Source: an uncultured Desulfatitalea sp. (GTDB lineage Bacteria > Desulfobacterota > Desulfobacteria > Desulfobacterales > Desulfosarcinaceae). Taken from it: 64,000 nt of DNA. Position 1 is the stretch's first letter. Each line of letters starts with the position of its first letter. Shown one piece after another: positions 39,366 through 49,559 of this stretch. The notes under the pieces were generated by a model. That model was not told the DNA's origin. It ran no database searches and saw nothing but the letters and a program-made list of their open reading frames with translations. Where the stretch lies: assembly GCA_963668675.2 (NCBI GenBank), contig CAXXMB010000002.1, forward strand, positions 992,001-1,056,000, in the 5' to 3' direction. The translations under genes and the position numbers were made by a program.

Positions 39366-42300
39366 ATGACAAAATTACTCCTCTCAGCCCTTAAAATCTT
39401 CCTTCTGCTAATCCTGGTTGCCGCCGCCGGTTTAGGCGCTGTGCTGCTGGCCGACCATATGGAGTGGCCCCGTTGGGTTGCGGCCGTGGCTGTGCTCGGG
39501 CTCTTTTTCTTCATTGTGCTGATCCTGTTTCTACGTCGTTTCTACTTTCGCCGCCGGGAGGCCAAATTCGTCAAACGGGTGGTCGAGCAGGACCAAAAGG
39601 CCATCGATGCCGCCCCGACACACGAACGCCGACGACTCGTGGAGTTGCAGGAGCGCTGGGCGACTGCCGTCGCCACCCTGCGCGATTCGCGCCTGAACCA
39701 ACGCGGCGACCCCCTTTACAGCCTGCCCTGGTTTATGATCTTCGGCGAGACGGCATCGGGAAAATCCACGGCCGTATCCCATGCCAGGCTTAAGAACATC
39801 CTCACCGATGCCGGGCCCGCCAAAGGCATTGCCAGCACAAGGAACTGCGACTGGTGGTTTTTTGAAAACGCCGTCATCCTAGACTCGGCCGGCCGCTATG
39901 CCGTGCCGCTGGAGGATGAGGACCGCGGCGAGTGGGAACGCTTTCTGACGCTGCTGGCCAAGTATCGGCGCAAGGAGCCGCTCAACGGACTCATCGTCAC
40001 CCTGCCGGCCGACCGGCTGCTCAACGACGATGCCGACGCACTTGCGGAATACGGCCGTTCGATCCGGCTGCGCATCGATCAACTGATGCGCGTACTCGGG
40101 GCCAAATTCCCCGTCTATCTATTAATCACCAAAATAGACCTGGTCCTCGGCATGACCGCCATGGCCGACATTCTGCCGGAGCAGCTGCGCGGCCAGGCCA
40201 TGGGACTGCTGAACGATTGCGAAGCATGCAACCCCGAGGAATTTCTCGACAGCACCATCGACCACATCTCACGCAGGCTCAAAGATCTGCGACTCCAACT
40301 GGCCGCCACGGTGGGCAAGGCCGGCGGCCGGGCCGTGCTCTTCCCGGATGAATTTGAACGGTTGTCGCCGGGCATCCGCTCCTTTGTCGGCGGCGCATTC
40401 AGTGAAAACCCTTACCAGGAAACTCCTTTTCTGCGCGGCCTTTTCATCTCCAGCGGACGCCAGTCCGGCCTGGCCCGGTCTGGCATACTTGGCTCCCTGG
40501 AGAGTTTTAAAGAACGTGAATGGCGACTGCCGGACACCGTCAAAGGTCTCTTTCTGCACGACCTGTTCGGCGCCATCCTGCCCAGGGATCGAAGCGGATT
40601 TCGCCCGCTGGTCGAATATCTCTCCTGGCGCAAAGCCACCGGCAATCTGGCCCTTGCCGCCTGGCTGCTGCTGCTGCTTACCGGCATTGGCGCGGCCAGC
40701 TTCGGCTACGTCCACGTCCGCCAGGCCATGCAGCCGGTTTACGCCTCGTTCCATCAGCCCCAACAGCTGGGGGCCGATCTGGCCCAGGACATGGTCACCC
40801 TTGGATTGCTGCGGGACAGAATTTCTGAAATGGAGCAGCACCTGGGCAGCCGAATCTGGTTGACCGTGGGATTCCGCCAGGGAGACAAAGCGCTCATCGG
40901 ACTGAAGGAAAAATACTGTCAGTGGTTCCGCACCTTTATCCTGAATCCCACTGACGAAGCGATGAAAAAGACCTTCATGGATAGCGAAAACCATGGACAC
41001 AGCGGCACCATGGCGCCCTACCTGGAATATCTGGTCTGGCGGGTGGAGATTCTCAAGGCACGTGAAGCCGACAACCTCAAATCCAATGCAAAGGGGCAAG
41101 CAGGACCTGTGCAAGCACTGGCCATCGCATTCGGTGGCCGCCTGCCCTATGTTACCGCCTATTTCACAGACATGTACCGCTCCTATGCCATCTGGGAACC
41201 GGACCCGGGAATTCTCCGACGGGAACATACGGAGATGCAGGTGTGGGCCAACCGGATCATTGACATCGAAGGCCGTGATCTGCACTGGCTCACCGAATGG
41301 GCCAATGCCAAGGCCGACCTTAGCGATGTCACCCTGGACGACTTCTGGTCGGGCGCCGGTCGGGTGGACCATCCCCCCCGGGTGCCGCGATCCTTTACGA
41401 CCGCAGGCAGGGCGGCGATCCAGAAGCTGATCGATCAGCTCTCGTTGGTAGCAGCGGACAATAACGCTTTTGACAAGCGAATTTCAGACTTCCAGGGATG
41501 GTATGCCCAGGCCTACCTTCTGCACTGGTCGAGCTTCGCACGGGATTTCGGCATGGGAATGGGCAAACTCAGGGATCGGCAGGACTGGATGGGAGCCGCA
41601 GCGGCCATGGCCACCTTGAACAATCCCTACTTCAAGCTCATCACCCGGATGGAAAACGAACTGGATGCCATCCGGGATATCGCTCCCCACGCCGACCTCG
41701 ACCGGCTGGCCAAGGAGTTTGTCTATATCGCCAACAGCTACAAGGCCAAGCAGTCGAAAGCCACCCTGGAAACCAAAATCGCAGATAAAATCAAACGGAT
41801 GGAAGCCCACCTGGAACGGCTGGACGACACGCTTGCAGCCGCCGAGGTGTTCACCGGGTACATGCAGCAACTGGACGCGATCGTCCCGAAGACGGCCACC
41901 ATGAACGCGGCCTACCACTTCTCCCTGCAGAGTTACGGTCTGGGTAGCGCCGATGGAATATCCTCCCCCGTAGTGTTGGCCCAGGCCGCTATCGACAAAA
42001 TGCGTTCGCTGGTGGGCAAAGCCCCATCCGAAGAAGAGTCGGTCTGGCGCCTGGTGGAAGGTCCTCTGCAATTTCTGGTGACCCTGATCACTTATGAAAC
42101 AGCGTGCGGGATAAACGACCTGTGGCAGTCACAGGTGGTGGCCGAAACGGTTCACATCCCCCAGCGCCAGATGTGGAATGCCCTCTTCGGCAACCAGGGG
42201 GTCGCCGACAAATTTCTCTCCGAATCAGCTAAACCTTTTTTAAAACGCACCCGCAACGGATGGTCCTCCGGCACCTGGCTGGGCGTCTCCTTCCCGTTCC

Positions 42301-42872
42301 GTGAAAAGTTCCTCTCCTTTCTGGACCACGGTGCCATCCGGAGACAGCAGCTTCAGCCCAAATACGGTGTATCCATCGCCACCGTGCCCACTGATGTGAA
42401 CCAGGAGGCCAAAAGCGAGCCCTATCGGACCCGTCTGACCCTGCAATGCGCAAGCGGAGAGCAATCCCTGGACAACTACAACGCGCCGGATAAAAAAGCG
42501 TTTAACTGGGAACCGGCCTCTTGTGACGATGTGACCCTGACCATCTACTTCGACGAGACCACCCTGACCCGAAAATGGAGCGGCCAGTGGGGTTTCAGGG
42601 ATTTCCTGCGCGCCTTCAAGGATGGCCGTGAGGTTTACACCCCAAAAAGCTTCCCGCAGCAGCAGGCCGATTTGAAACGACTCGGCGTAAGACGGATTCA
42701 AGTCAACTATGTACTGAACAACGCAGGGCCGGTGGTGGGCATCGAAGCCTATCCTACCTTGAGCGTACCGAACCAGGCGGCCCACTGCTGGTCCGGGCTG
42801 GGAGCCCGTTTGAACGACGAAAACCTACAGCAAAACCCTTCTTCGCCGCAAAGCAAAGGAGGTGCCCAATGA
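39366..42872 (+). CDS. tssM: T6SS membrane subunit TssM/IcmF
   Basis: N-terminal TMs, LYSLPWF, GETASGKS, CDWWF, DSAGRY, PLNGL, FPVYLLITKID. Confidence 0.93.
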   Translation: MTKLLLSALKIFLLLILVAAAGLGAVLLADHMEWPRWVAAVAVLGLFFFIVLILFLRRFYFRRREAKFVKRVVEQDQKAIDAAPTHERRRLVELQERWATAVATLRDSRLNQRGDPLYSLPWFMIFGETASGKSTAVSHARLKNILTDAGPAKGIASTRNCDWWFFENAVILDSAGRYAVPLEDEDRGEWERFLTLLAKYRRKEPLNGLIVTLPADRLLNDDADALAEYGRSIRLRIDQLMRVLGAKFPVYLLITKIDLVLGMTAMADILPEQLRGQAMGLLNDCEACNPEEFLDSTIDHISRRLKDLRLQLAATVGKAGGRAVLFPDEFERLSPGIRSFVGGAFSENPYQETPFLRGLFISSGRQSGLARSGILGSLESFKEREWRLPDTVKGLFLHDLFGAILPRDRSGFRPLVEYLSWRKATGNLALAAWLLLLLTGIGAASFGYVHVRQAMQPVYASFHQPQQLGADLAQDMVTLGLLRDRISEMEQHLGSRIWLTVGFRQGDKALIGLKEKYCQWFRTFILNPTDEAMKKTFMDSENHGHSGTMAPYLEYLVWRVEILKAREADNLKSNAKGQAGPVQALAIAFGGRLPYVTAYFTDMYRSYAIWEPDPGILRREHTEMQVWANRIIDIEGRDLHWLTEWANAKADLSDVTLDDFWSGAGRVDHPPRVPRSFTTAGRAAIQKLIDQLSLVAADNNAFDKRISDFQGWYAQAYLLHWSSFARDFGMGMGKLRDRQDWMGAAAAMATLNNPYFKLITRMENELDAIRDIAPHADLDRLAKEFVYIANSYKAKQSKATLETKIADKIKRMEAHLERLDDTLAAAEVFTGYMQQLDAIVPKTATMNAAYHFSLQSYGLGSADGISSPVVLAQAAIDKMRSLVGKAPSEEESVWRLVEGPLQFLVTLITYETACGINDLWQSQVVAETVHIPQRQMWNALFGNQGVADKFLSESAKPFLKRTRNGWSSGTWLGVSFPFREKFLSFLDHGAIRRQQLQPKYGVSIATVPTDVNQEAKSEPYRTRLTLQCASGEQSLDNYNAPDKKAFNWEPASCDDVTLTIYFDETTLTRKWSGQWGFRDFLRAFKDGREVYTPKSFPQQQADLKRLGVRRIQVNYVLNNAGPVVGIEAYPTLSVPNQAAHCWSGLGARLNDENLQQNPSSPQSKGGAQ

Positions 42873-43507
42873 GCATCCTGCACTCACCGCGCACCCCCTG
42901 GTTGATGCTGGCCATCTTCTGTGTGGCCGCCCCGCTTCTGTTTGTGCTGGCTGCCGGCCGGGACTTGGGCTTGATTCGCAACATGAAGAGCGGCACCCAA
43001 ACGGCTGCCGTCACCCGTGAAATCCGGATGCCGATCGTTATCGACCGCACCGTACCACAGAGTTCCCCTTCACCGGATAAAGTAGCTTTTCCAAAGGCAC
43101 CGGGAAGAAAAACAAAAGAAACGATAGCCCCTCCCCCAGACAAACCGGCCCAGCCTGAAGCACAAGGGGCAGCATCCGACACGGCAGGTACGCTTCTCTC
43201 CCACAGCTTCCGGCCGAGCGACAAGCGATTCGAAGCACTCTTCCGAACCGACCAGCCGGCCAAAAGAACCCGGGTCTTCTTTAAATCCTCCCCGGCGCTG
43301 TGGGTGGTGGATCTCCATGGCAACTGGAAAAACGCCGCCCGCAGGGTCAGCACCTTCGAGCAGGGCGCCATCGATCGGGTGGTCATCGGTGAACACGAAC
43401 GCTATCTGCGAGTCGTCTTCCGCTACCGTGACAGGGAAACGCCCATGCCGGACGAACTGCCGTTGATCACCGAAGAGGAGCGCGGGTTTAATGTGGTCAT
43501 TGAATAA
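42869..43507 (+). CDS. Membrane-anchored AMIN-domain protein
   Basis: N-terminal TM, Pro/Lys linker, FFKSSPALWVVDL, RVVIGEHERYLRVVF. Confidence 0.7.
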   Translation: MSILHSPRTPWLMLAIFCVAAPLLFVLAAGRDLGLIRNMKSGTQTAAVTREIRMPIVIDRTVPQSSPSPDKVAFPKAPGRKTKETIAPPPDKPAQPEAQGAASDTAGTLLSHSFRPSDKRFEALFRTDQPAKRTRVFFKSSPALWVVDLHGNWKNAARRVSTFEQGAIDRVVIGEHERYLRVVFRYRDRETPMPDELPLITEEERGFNVVIE

Positions 43508-43522
43508 CGAAGGAGAACAACC

Positions 43523-45811
43523 ATGCCCCAATTGACAGAGAACGCCTTTACGTTTGAAAGCAAGGCCCTGCCCAAAGAGACCTTCAGCGTGGTCCGCTTT
43601 TCCGGTGAAGAGGGGCTGTCGACCCTGTACCGCTTCGAGATCCTGCTGATCTCGGAGGAGCAGGATCTCGACATCGCGGCCGTGCTGCAGCATCCGGCCA
43701 CCTTTACGATCAAGAATCGTTTTGCCAACGGACCGGAACTGCCTTTTCACGGTATCCTCTCCGCCTTCGAACAACTGCACCAGTTCGGGACCTACACCTT
43801 CTACCGGACCGAATTGAGGCCCAAACTGTGGTGGCTCACCCAGACCCATCACAACCAGGTGTTCCTGGATCAAAAGATCGATCAATTCGCCGCCGCTGTT
43901 CTGCAGGACGGCGGTCTGTCCCAGGGAATGGACTTCGAGTTCCGCCTGCAGGGCCAGTACGCCCCCCGGGAGTATGTCTGCCAGTATGGGGAGTCGCACT
44001 TCGACTTCGTCTCCCGCTGGATGGAGCGCGAAGGGATCTACTACTGGTTCGAACAGGGCGAGCAGTCCGAAAAGATGATCGCCTCGGACACCCACATCGC
44101 CCATACGCCCCTCTCCGGCCACGAGAAATTTATCTACTCGCCACCGTCGGGGCTGGATGACACCAGCCAGGATAAGGTGATCCAGCGTTTCAGCCTGAAG
44201 CAGACGCCCATGCCCAAAAACGTCCTGCTCAAGGACTACAACTACATGAAACCGAGCCTCGACCTGGTAGGAAAAGCCCAGGTGCGCGGGCAAGGCCGGG
44301 GGGAGGTTTATCTATATGGTGAACATTTTCCCAACAGAAGCGAAGGTCAAAGATTGGCGACGGTCAGGGCCGAGGAGTACCTCTGTCGGGAAAAAGTCTT
44401 CAACAGTCAATCCACCGTGCCGGCCGTCCGGCCGGGTTACCTGTTCAATCTGGAGCGCCACTACTCGAACGGCTTCAACCGCGCCTATCTTACCACCAGC
44501 GTCCATCACGAAGGCAGCCAGGAGCAGTATCTGGTCAGCGGCCTGGGGGTGAATGGTGTGGAAGATCACCAGGGGCTATTCTACCGCAACACCTTCACCT
44601 GCATTCCGGGCGACATCCAGTACCGGCCGAAACGCGTCACTCCCAAACCGCGCATCGCAGGAAGCCTGTCAGCCAAAATCGACGCCGCCGGGTCGGGCAA
44701 ATACCCCGAATTGGACGAGCAGGGCCGCTACAAGGTGATTCTGCCCTTCGACCTGTCGGGGCGCAAGGACGGCAAGGGCTCGACCTGGATCCGCATGATG
44801 CAGCCTTACGCCGGCCAGGGCATGGGATTTCACGCTCCGCTGCACAAGGGCACCGAGGTGCTGCTCTCGTTCATCGAAGCCGACCCGGACCGACCCGTCA
44901 TCTCCGGCGCTATCCCCAACCCCGAGACCCCCAGTCCGGTGCACGACGCCAACCAGACCCAGGTGCGCCTCAAATCGGCCAGCGGCAATGTGATGCACAT
45001 GGAGGACCAGGAGGGGCACCAGCGCATCCTGCTTCACTCCCCCTCGGCCAATACGTTCCTGCGCTTGGGCGCACCCAATGATCCGGACTCGAAAAAAGAC
45101 AAGAAACAAGACGAGAAGTTGAAAGATCATGACGAACGGCTGGAGGAGTTGGAGACCGAGTGGGGCGCGCGTCTTTTCACCGATAAAGCATTAAAAATTC
45201 AAGTCGGGGGAGAGAACGCAGTCATTGGGGGTGAATGCATTGAAACCATCGTCGGTGCGGATATCGGCATCAAGCTGGTCACCGCCGATGAATTCATTGG
45301 CGGCTTGAAAACCGAATTGATGCTTGGTGGGACAGGCAGTTACCACTATCCAGCCCACTGGCTGCTCAAAGGCAGCGAGGAGAAGGTTGCCGAGCAGAAG
45401 CTGGAGGTGATCGAGGCCAAACAGGCGGCAGTCGGCGAATACAACGTGGTGCATGGCGAGCGTGGCGAAGTTACCGCCACCGTAACCACTGTAACTGGCG
45501 AGGTGTCCCGAGCCGTGGCGGATAGCAATGAAGTGCGGGGCGTCGTCACCGATGCCACCGGAGAGGTGAACAGAGCCCTGGGAGAGCGCATCACAGCTGT
45601 GGGAAATCAGACGCAGGCCATCGGCACCTGTCTTCGTGCTATTGGTACCAAGCTGGACACTGCTGGCACCAAGCTGGAGAGCGCCGGACACAGCATCCAC
45701 AATTCAGGCGTTTCCGTGCGATCGGCCGGATCAAGGATCCAGAGCGCCGGGTCGCACCTCAGCAATGCCTCCATGATCATTCGCGACGCCCCCATCATCA
45801 TGGATCAATAG
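43523..45811 (+). CDS. vgrG: T6SS spike protein VgrG
   Basis: GEEGLSTLYRF, REYVCQYGESHFDFVSRWMEREGIYYWF, DEQGRYKV, GTEVLLSF..DPDRP. Confidence 0.95.
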   Translation: MPQLTENAFTFESKALPKETFSVVRFSGEEGLSTLYRFEILLISEEQDLDIAAVLQHPATFTIKNRFANGPELPFHGILSAFEQLHQFGTYTFYRTELRPKLWWLTQTHHNQVFLDQKIDQFAAAVLQDGGLSQGMDFEFRLQGQYAPREYVCQYGESHFDFVSRWMEREGIYYWFEQGEQSEKMIASDTHIAHTPLSGHEKFIYSPPSGLDDTSQDKVIQRFSLKQTPMPKNVLLKDYNYMKPSLDLVGKAQVRGQGRGEVYLYGEHFPNRSEGQRLATVRAEEYLCREKVFNSQSTVPAVRPGYLFNLERHYSNGFNRAYLTTSVHHEGSQEQYLVSGLGVNGVEDHQGLFYRNTFTCIPGDIQYRPKRVTPKPRIAGSLSAKIDAAGSGKYPELDEQGRYKVILPFDLSGRKDGKGSTWIRMMQPYAGQGMGFHAPLHKGTEVLLSFIEADPDRPVISGAIPNPETPSPVHDANQTQVRLKSASGNVMHMEDQEGHQRILLHSPSANTFLRLGAPNDPDSKKDKKQDEKLKDHDERLEELETEWGARLFTDKALKIQVGGENAVIGGECIETIVGADIGIKLVTADEFIGGLKTELMLGGTGSYHYPAHWLLKGSEEKVAEQKLEVIEAKQAAVGEYNVVHGERGEVTATVTTVTGEVSRAVADSNEVRGVVTDATGEVNRALGERITAVGNQTQAIGTCLRAIGTKLDTAGTKLESAGHSIHNSGVSVRSAGSRIQSAGSHLSNASMIIRDAPIIMDQ

Positions 45812-45821
45812 GAGCCGCTCT

Positions 45822-48800
45822 ATGAAAGTCGTCAAGGAGCTGACCCACGGCATTCTGCTCAACTACTTTGCCGTCAGGGAGAAGAACCACCTGGTGGTGT
45901 CCGTGCTCACCTTTTTCGACCTGGACGCGCCGGACAACCCCCTTTCCGAACAGGAGATGTGGCGGTTCGTGCCACCAGAGCTGGGAGAAAATGCCATACT
46001 GGACGCAGCCATGCCCAAGCCAAGGGCCGAAGTGCTGCTACGGGCCAAGTGCTTCGCACCTGAGGGCGCGCCGCGGACGGCCGCCCGGGCATCGTTTCGG
46101 GTTGGACATCTATCGAAGGCCCTCGATGTATTTGGCCCGCGCTTCTGGGAGCAGAGGGCCACCGGCCTAGTCATCACCGATCCCCAACCGTTTAGGGTCA
46201 TCGATCTGGACTGGTCCAACGCTTTTGGCGGCCCCGATTTCGATCTCAACCCCCTGGGGCGCGGCATGGCGCCCATATCATCCGATGGGGGCGGTTCGGC
46301 CCTGCCGTTACCGTCCGTGGAAAATCCGAACCGACTCATCGGCATGCCCGGCGACCGACCGGCGCCGGCTGGGTTCATGCCCCTGGATCAAACCTGGCCC
46401 CAGCGGCGGTCCAAGGTGGGCACCTATGACCAGCAATGGTTTCAGACCCATTGGCCTTACTTTCCCGAAGACATGAACTGGACCTTTTTCAACACGGCAC
46501 CGGAAGACCAGCAGCAAGACGCCTATTTCCAGGGCGGTGAAAGGGTGGAACTGACCAACTTGCACCCCCGACGCCAACTGGTGCAGACCGTGTTGCCCCA
46601 ACTGCGACAGCGGGTGTTCGTCAATCAGTTTCACGACCTGCAGGACCCCGAAAAAGGGTTGGCCTTCCGGGAATCCCAGACACGGCTGGATACGGTCTGG
46701 CTCTTTCCTCACGCACTGCGCGGCATCCTGGTTCACCGGGCCGTTCTGGAAGTGGCCGACGAGGAGGCCGTGGACGTCAAGCACCTCTATCTGGTCACCG
46801 AGTCTCCGAACGACGCCCCCCAAAGCCTGGAACATCATATGGCCGCATTGGAAAAGCGCCTGGACCGCACCGTGCAGATAGACATGTCCCAGTTGGACGC
46901 CGCCATGGCCCAAGCCGTCCAGGATATGAAAAAGATCAAAGACATTCCCAAGACCCTGGCCCATACACTGTCCGTGGCCCAGGGTCAGGCACCCAATGTC
47001 GGCATCTCGCCCCAAAACGCCGCCACCCGCTGCACGAGCCTCTTGGGCCAGTCCCAGGAGCGCATGCAGGCAGCTGAAAAGCAATTGGTGAAACTCAAAA
47101 GCCAGTTCGGACACATGGTTAAAATCGATCTTGCACCTCTGGCCAGGGCGAGGAATAAATTCGAACAGCTCAAAGGCACTATCGCCAAACAGATGAATAT
47201 GGCCGGTGATTTAACCCAAAAGGCCGGGGCCGCCAAAAAGCAGATGCAGATGAAGGTTCTCAATGCCTTGGACCGGCCCGACACCCAGCCGTTCCTCGCC
47301 AAAGCCCGGGAGCAGATGGCCCCGCCGGAAAAAGCGCTTTGGCCGGAGCAGGCCCTGGCGCTCGTGCGTCAGGGGCGCTATGACCTCTCTCTGGATCATG
47401 AGCGTATGGGAGCGCTGCGAAAACTGGGCCTGCGGCCATCGACGCTGAAGCGGGCCATGCTGGCCGTCATCCCTGAGGGTCAACCCTTTGTCCCGGAGCA
47501 GTGGGGGCTTGATCCGGCCCCGCCCTCATCTCTGCCAGCCGGAATGCTGATGGCCGCCCACGTCGGGCCTCAAATTACCAGACTCGTCCTTCGTCCCGGC
47601 CCTCTGGAAAAAGCAACTGACGACATCACTGTACCGGGTTCCGCGGACACCGCTTTTGCCGCAGGCATGGCCCCGGGCAAAACCGTGATACGGGTGGCCG
47701 ATCCCCTGGAGGCGTGGCTGGTGGAGCAGGACGCCGGGGATTTCGTTGGAGCTGTGGCTTTGCCAACCCCGGCCACGGCCCCCGACAAGGGGACTGCGGA
47801 GTTGCTCAAGGTCGCTCCACGCCTGATGGTCGTTCTCTATTCCCGGGAAAAGGCTGCCATGGACAAGGAGTTTGAACCATGGCGAGCGGCATATCCCCAG
47901 GCCGAGCCGCTGCCCTTGCCAGAAAAATCGGCAATTTTAGACGCACACCAAAAGGCTGTGCCGCTCGAGGAGTGGATTGTGGCGGCACTGGGGCCAGACC
48001 AGCCCGCTTTTATTCCGGAGGAGAGTCCGTTCCGGGCCGGCAAGGGCCCCGACGGCGGCGGTATCTCGATTCCATCGGTGGATGCCAAGGGACTCTACCA
48101 GGCCTATCACGATGGAATGATGGAAAAGATGGCCTCTGCAATGGCCAGAGGGGAGAAGCTGAAACAGAGCCTGCCGAAAAAAATGGAGGCTGCTGTCGAA
48201 AAGGCCAGGGCTCAGATGCGCCGGGACGGTTTGGAGAGACATGGCATCAATCCACAAGACTGCCTGACACCGCCACCCACGAAGAAAAAACCGGCGGGCT
48301 TCATGGCCGGTGCGGATCTCTCGACCAAGTACGCCCATGTCCGCCAGGGGTTGGAAAAGAGTGGACAACTGACGCCCGAGCGGGCTGCTACCCTGGACGC
48401 CCAGGAAGCCAAAATGTCTCGCCTGCTGGCGGCATCCAAAGCCCAATGGGAGGAAGGACAGGCCAAACTGCCTGGAGCCGGCGGCAGCTTCACCTTTCCC
48501 GACTGGGCCAGGGAACTGCTGGAGCCCTTTCATATAGACCCGGACGACCAGGAGGTGATGACCCGCGAAAAGGTCATCGCGTGCCACGCCGGACAGATCA
48601 GCCTCAAAGGCAAAAACCTGGCCGGTCTGGACCTCTCCGGTCTGGACCTGGCTGGTGCGGATTTGCGCGGCGCACGGATACAGAAGACCTCCTTTGCCGG
48701 ATCGACACTGGATGGCGCAGACCTGAGCGGCACCATTGCAGAGCAGGCCGACTTCAGCGACGTCTCTTTTAAAAACGGAAAGGCCGTACAGGCCATCATG

Positions 48801-49559
48801 AGCAAAGCCGGCTTTACCAGTGCCGCCCTTACCGGCACCAACTTCAGCAAGGCCCTGCTCAAAGCGGCCGATCTGTCAAACGCTGACCTGTCGGAGAGCG
48901 CCCTGGAACAGACCCTGCTGGAGGATGCCCGGCTGGTCGGCGCCAACCTTTCGGCGACCAAGGCGACCAAGGGCTATTTCATGGGAGCGGATCTGACCGG
49001 CGCCAACGTTTCCAACGCAGACGCTGTCAAAGCCGTTTTTCACAGGGCTACCGCAATCAAGACTGACTTCTCCGGCAGCGATCTGACCAAAGCTATCTTC
49101 TGGGACGCCCAGGCCGATCAGGCCATCTTCAAGGGAAGCAAACTGGAAAACGCCCGTTTCGGCGGCACCGCCTCGGCCAAAAAGGGGAACTTTTCCGATG
49201 CGGATCTGGCGCGTACCTCCTTGATCGACGCAGACCTGTCCGAGGCCGATTTCAAGGGGGCGCGCTTCGAACGATCGTTTGTGCGAAACTGCAACCTCTC
49301 CGGAGCCGATTTGTCCGGAGTGCAGGCCAAAAGCACCTTTTTTCATCGCACCAACCTCGAAGGCGCCAACCTCTCCCGATCCAACCTTTTTCTGGGATCT
49401 CTGCGCAAGGCCCGTCTGGTCAACACTGATCTGTCCGGCGCCAACTTGTATGGGGCGGAAATGTATCGAGCCGTGGTAGGCAACACCAATTTTGACGGTG
49501 CCAACCTGAAGATGACGCTACTCAACAAGCGCGTGGAGCTTCTCGATGACAAGAAATGA
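45822..49559 (+). CDS. DUF2169 plus pentapeptide-repeat T6SS accessory protein (TagA-like) with central insert
   Basis: PKPRAEVLL, VFGPRFW, AFGG, NPLGRG, GTYDQQW, FFNTAPEDQQ (DUF2169); C-terminal A(D/N)LXX repeats. Confidence 0.9.
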   Translation: MKVVKELTHGILLNYFAVREKNHLVVSVLTFFDLDAPDNPLSEQEMWRFVPPELGENAILDAAMPKPRAEVLLRAKCFAPEGAPRTAARASFRVGHLSKALDVFGPRFWEQRATGLVITDPQPFRVIDLDWSNAFGGPDFDLNPLGRGMAPISSDGGGSALPLPSVENPNRLIGMPGDRPAPAGFMPLDQTWPQRRSKVGTYDQQWFQTHWPYFPEDMNWTFFNTAPEDQQQDAYFQGGERVELTNLHPRRQLVQTVLPQLRQRVFVNQFHDLQDPEKGLAFRESQTRLDTVWLFPHALRGILVHRAVLEVADEEAVDVKHLYLVTESPNDAPQSLEHHMAALEKRLDRTVQIDMSQLDAAMAQAVQDMKKIKDIPKTLAHTLSVAQGQAPNVGISPQNAATRCTSLLGQSQERMQAAEKQLVKLKSQFGHMVKIDLAPLARARNKFEQLKGTIAKQMNMAGDLTQKAGAAKKQMQMKVLNALDRPDTQPFLAKAREQMAPPEKALWPEQALALVRQGRYDLSLDHERMGALRKLGLRPSTLKRAMLAVIPEGQPFVPEQWGLDPAPPSSLPAGMLMAAHVGPQITRLVLRPGPLEKATDDITVPGSADTAFAAGMAPGKTVIRVADPLEAWLVEQDAGDFVGAVALPTPATAPDKGTAELLKVAPRLMVVLYSREKAAMDKEFEPWRAAYPQAEPLPLPEKSAILDAHQKAVPLEEWIVAALGPDQPAFIPEESPFRAGKGPDGGGISIPSVDAKGLYQAYHDGMMEKMASAMARGEKLKQSLPKKMEAAVEKARAQMRRDGLERHGINPQDCLTPPPTKKKPAGFMAGADLSTKYAHVRQGLEKSGQLTPERAATLDAQEAKMSRLLAASKAQWEEGQAKLPGAGGSFTFPDWARELLEPFHIDPDDQEVMTREKVIACHAGQISLKGKNLAGLDLSGLDLAGADLRGARIQKTSFAGSTLDGADLSGTIAEQADFSDVSFKNGKAVQAIMSKAGFTSAALTGTNFSKALLKAADLSNADLSESALEQTLLEDARLVGANLSATKATKGYFMGADLTGANVSNADAVKAVFHRATAIKTDFSGSDLTKAIFWDAQADQAIFKGSKLENARFGGTASAKKGNFSDADLARTSLIDADLSEADFKGARFERSFVRNCNLSGADLSGVQAKSTFFHRTNLEGANLSRSNLFLGSLRKARLVNTDLSGANLYGAEMYRAVVGNTNFDGANLKMTLLNKRVELLDDKK

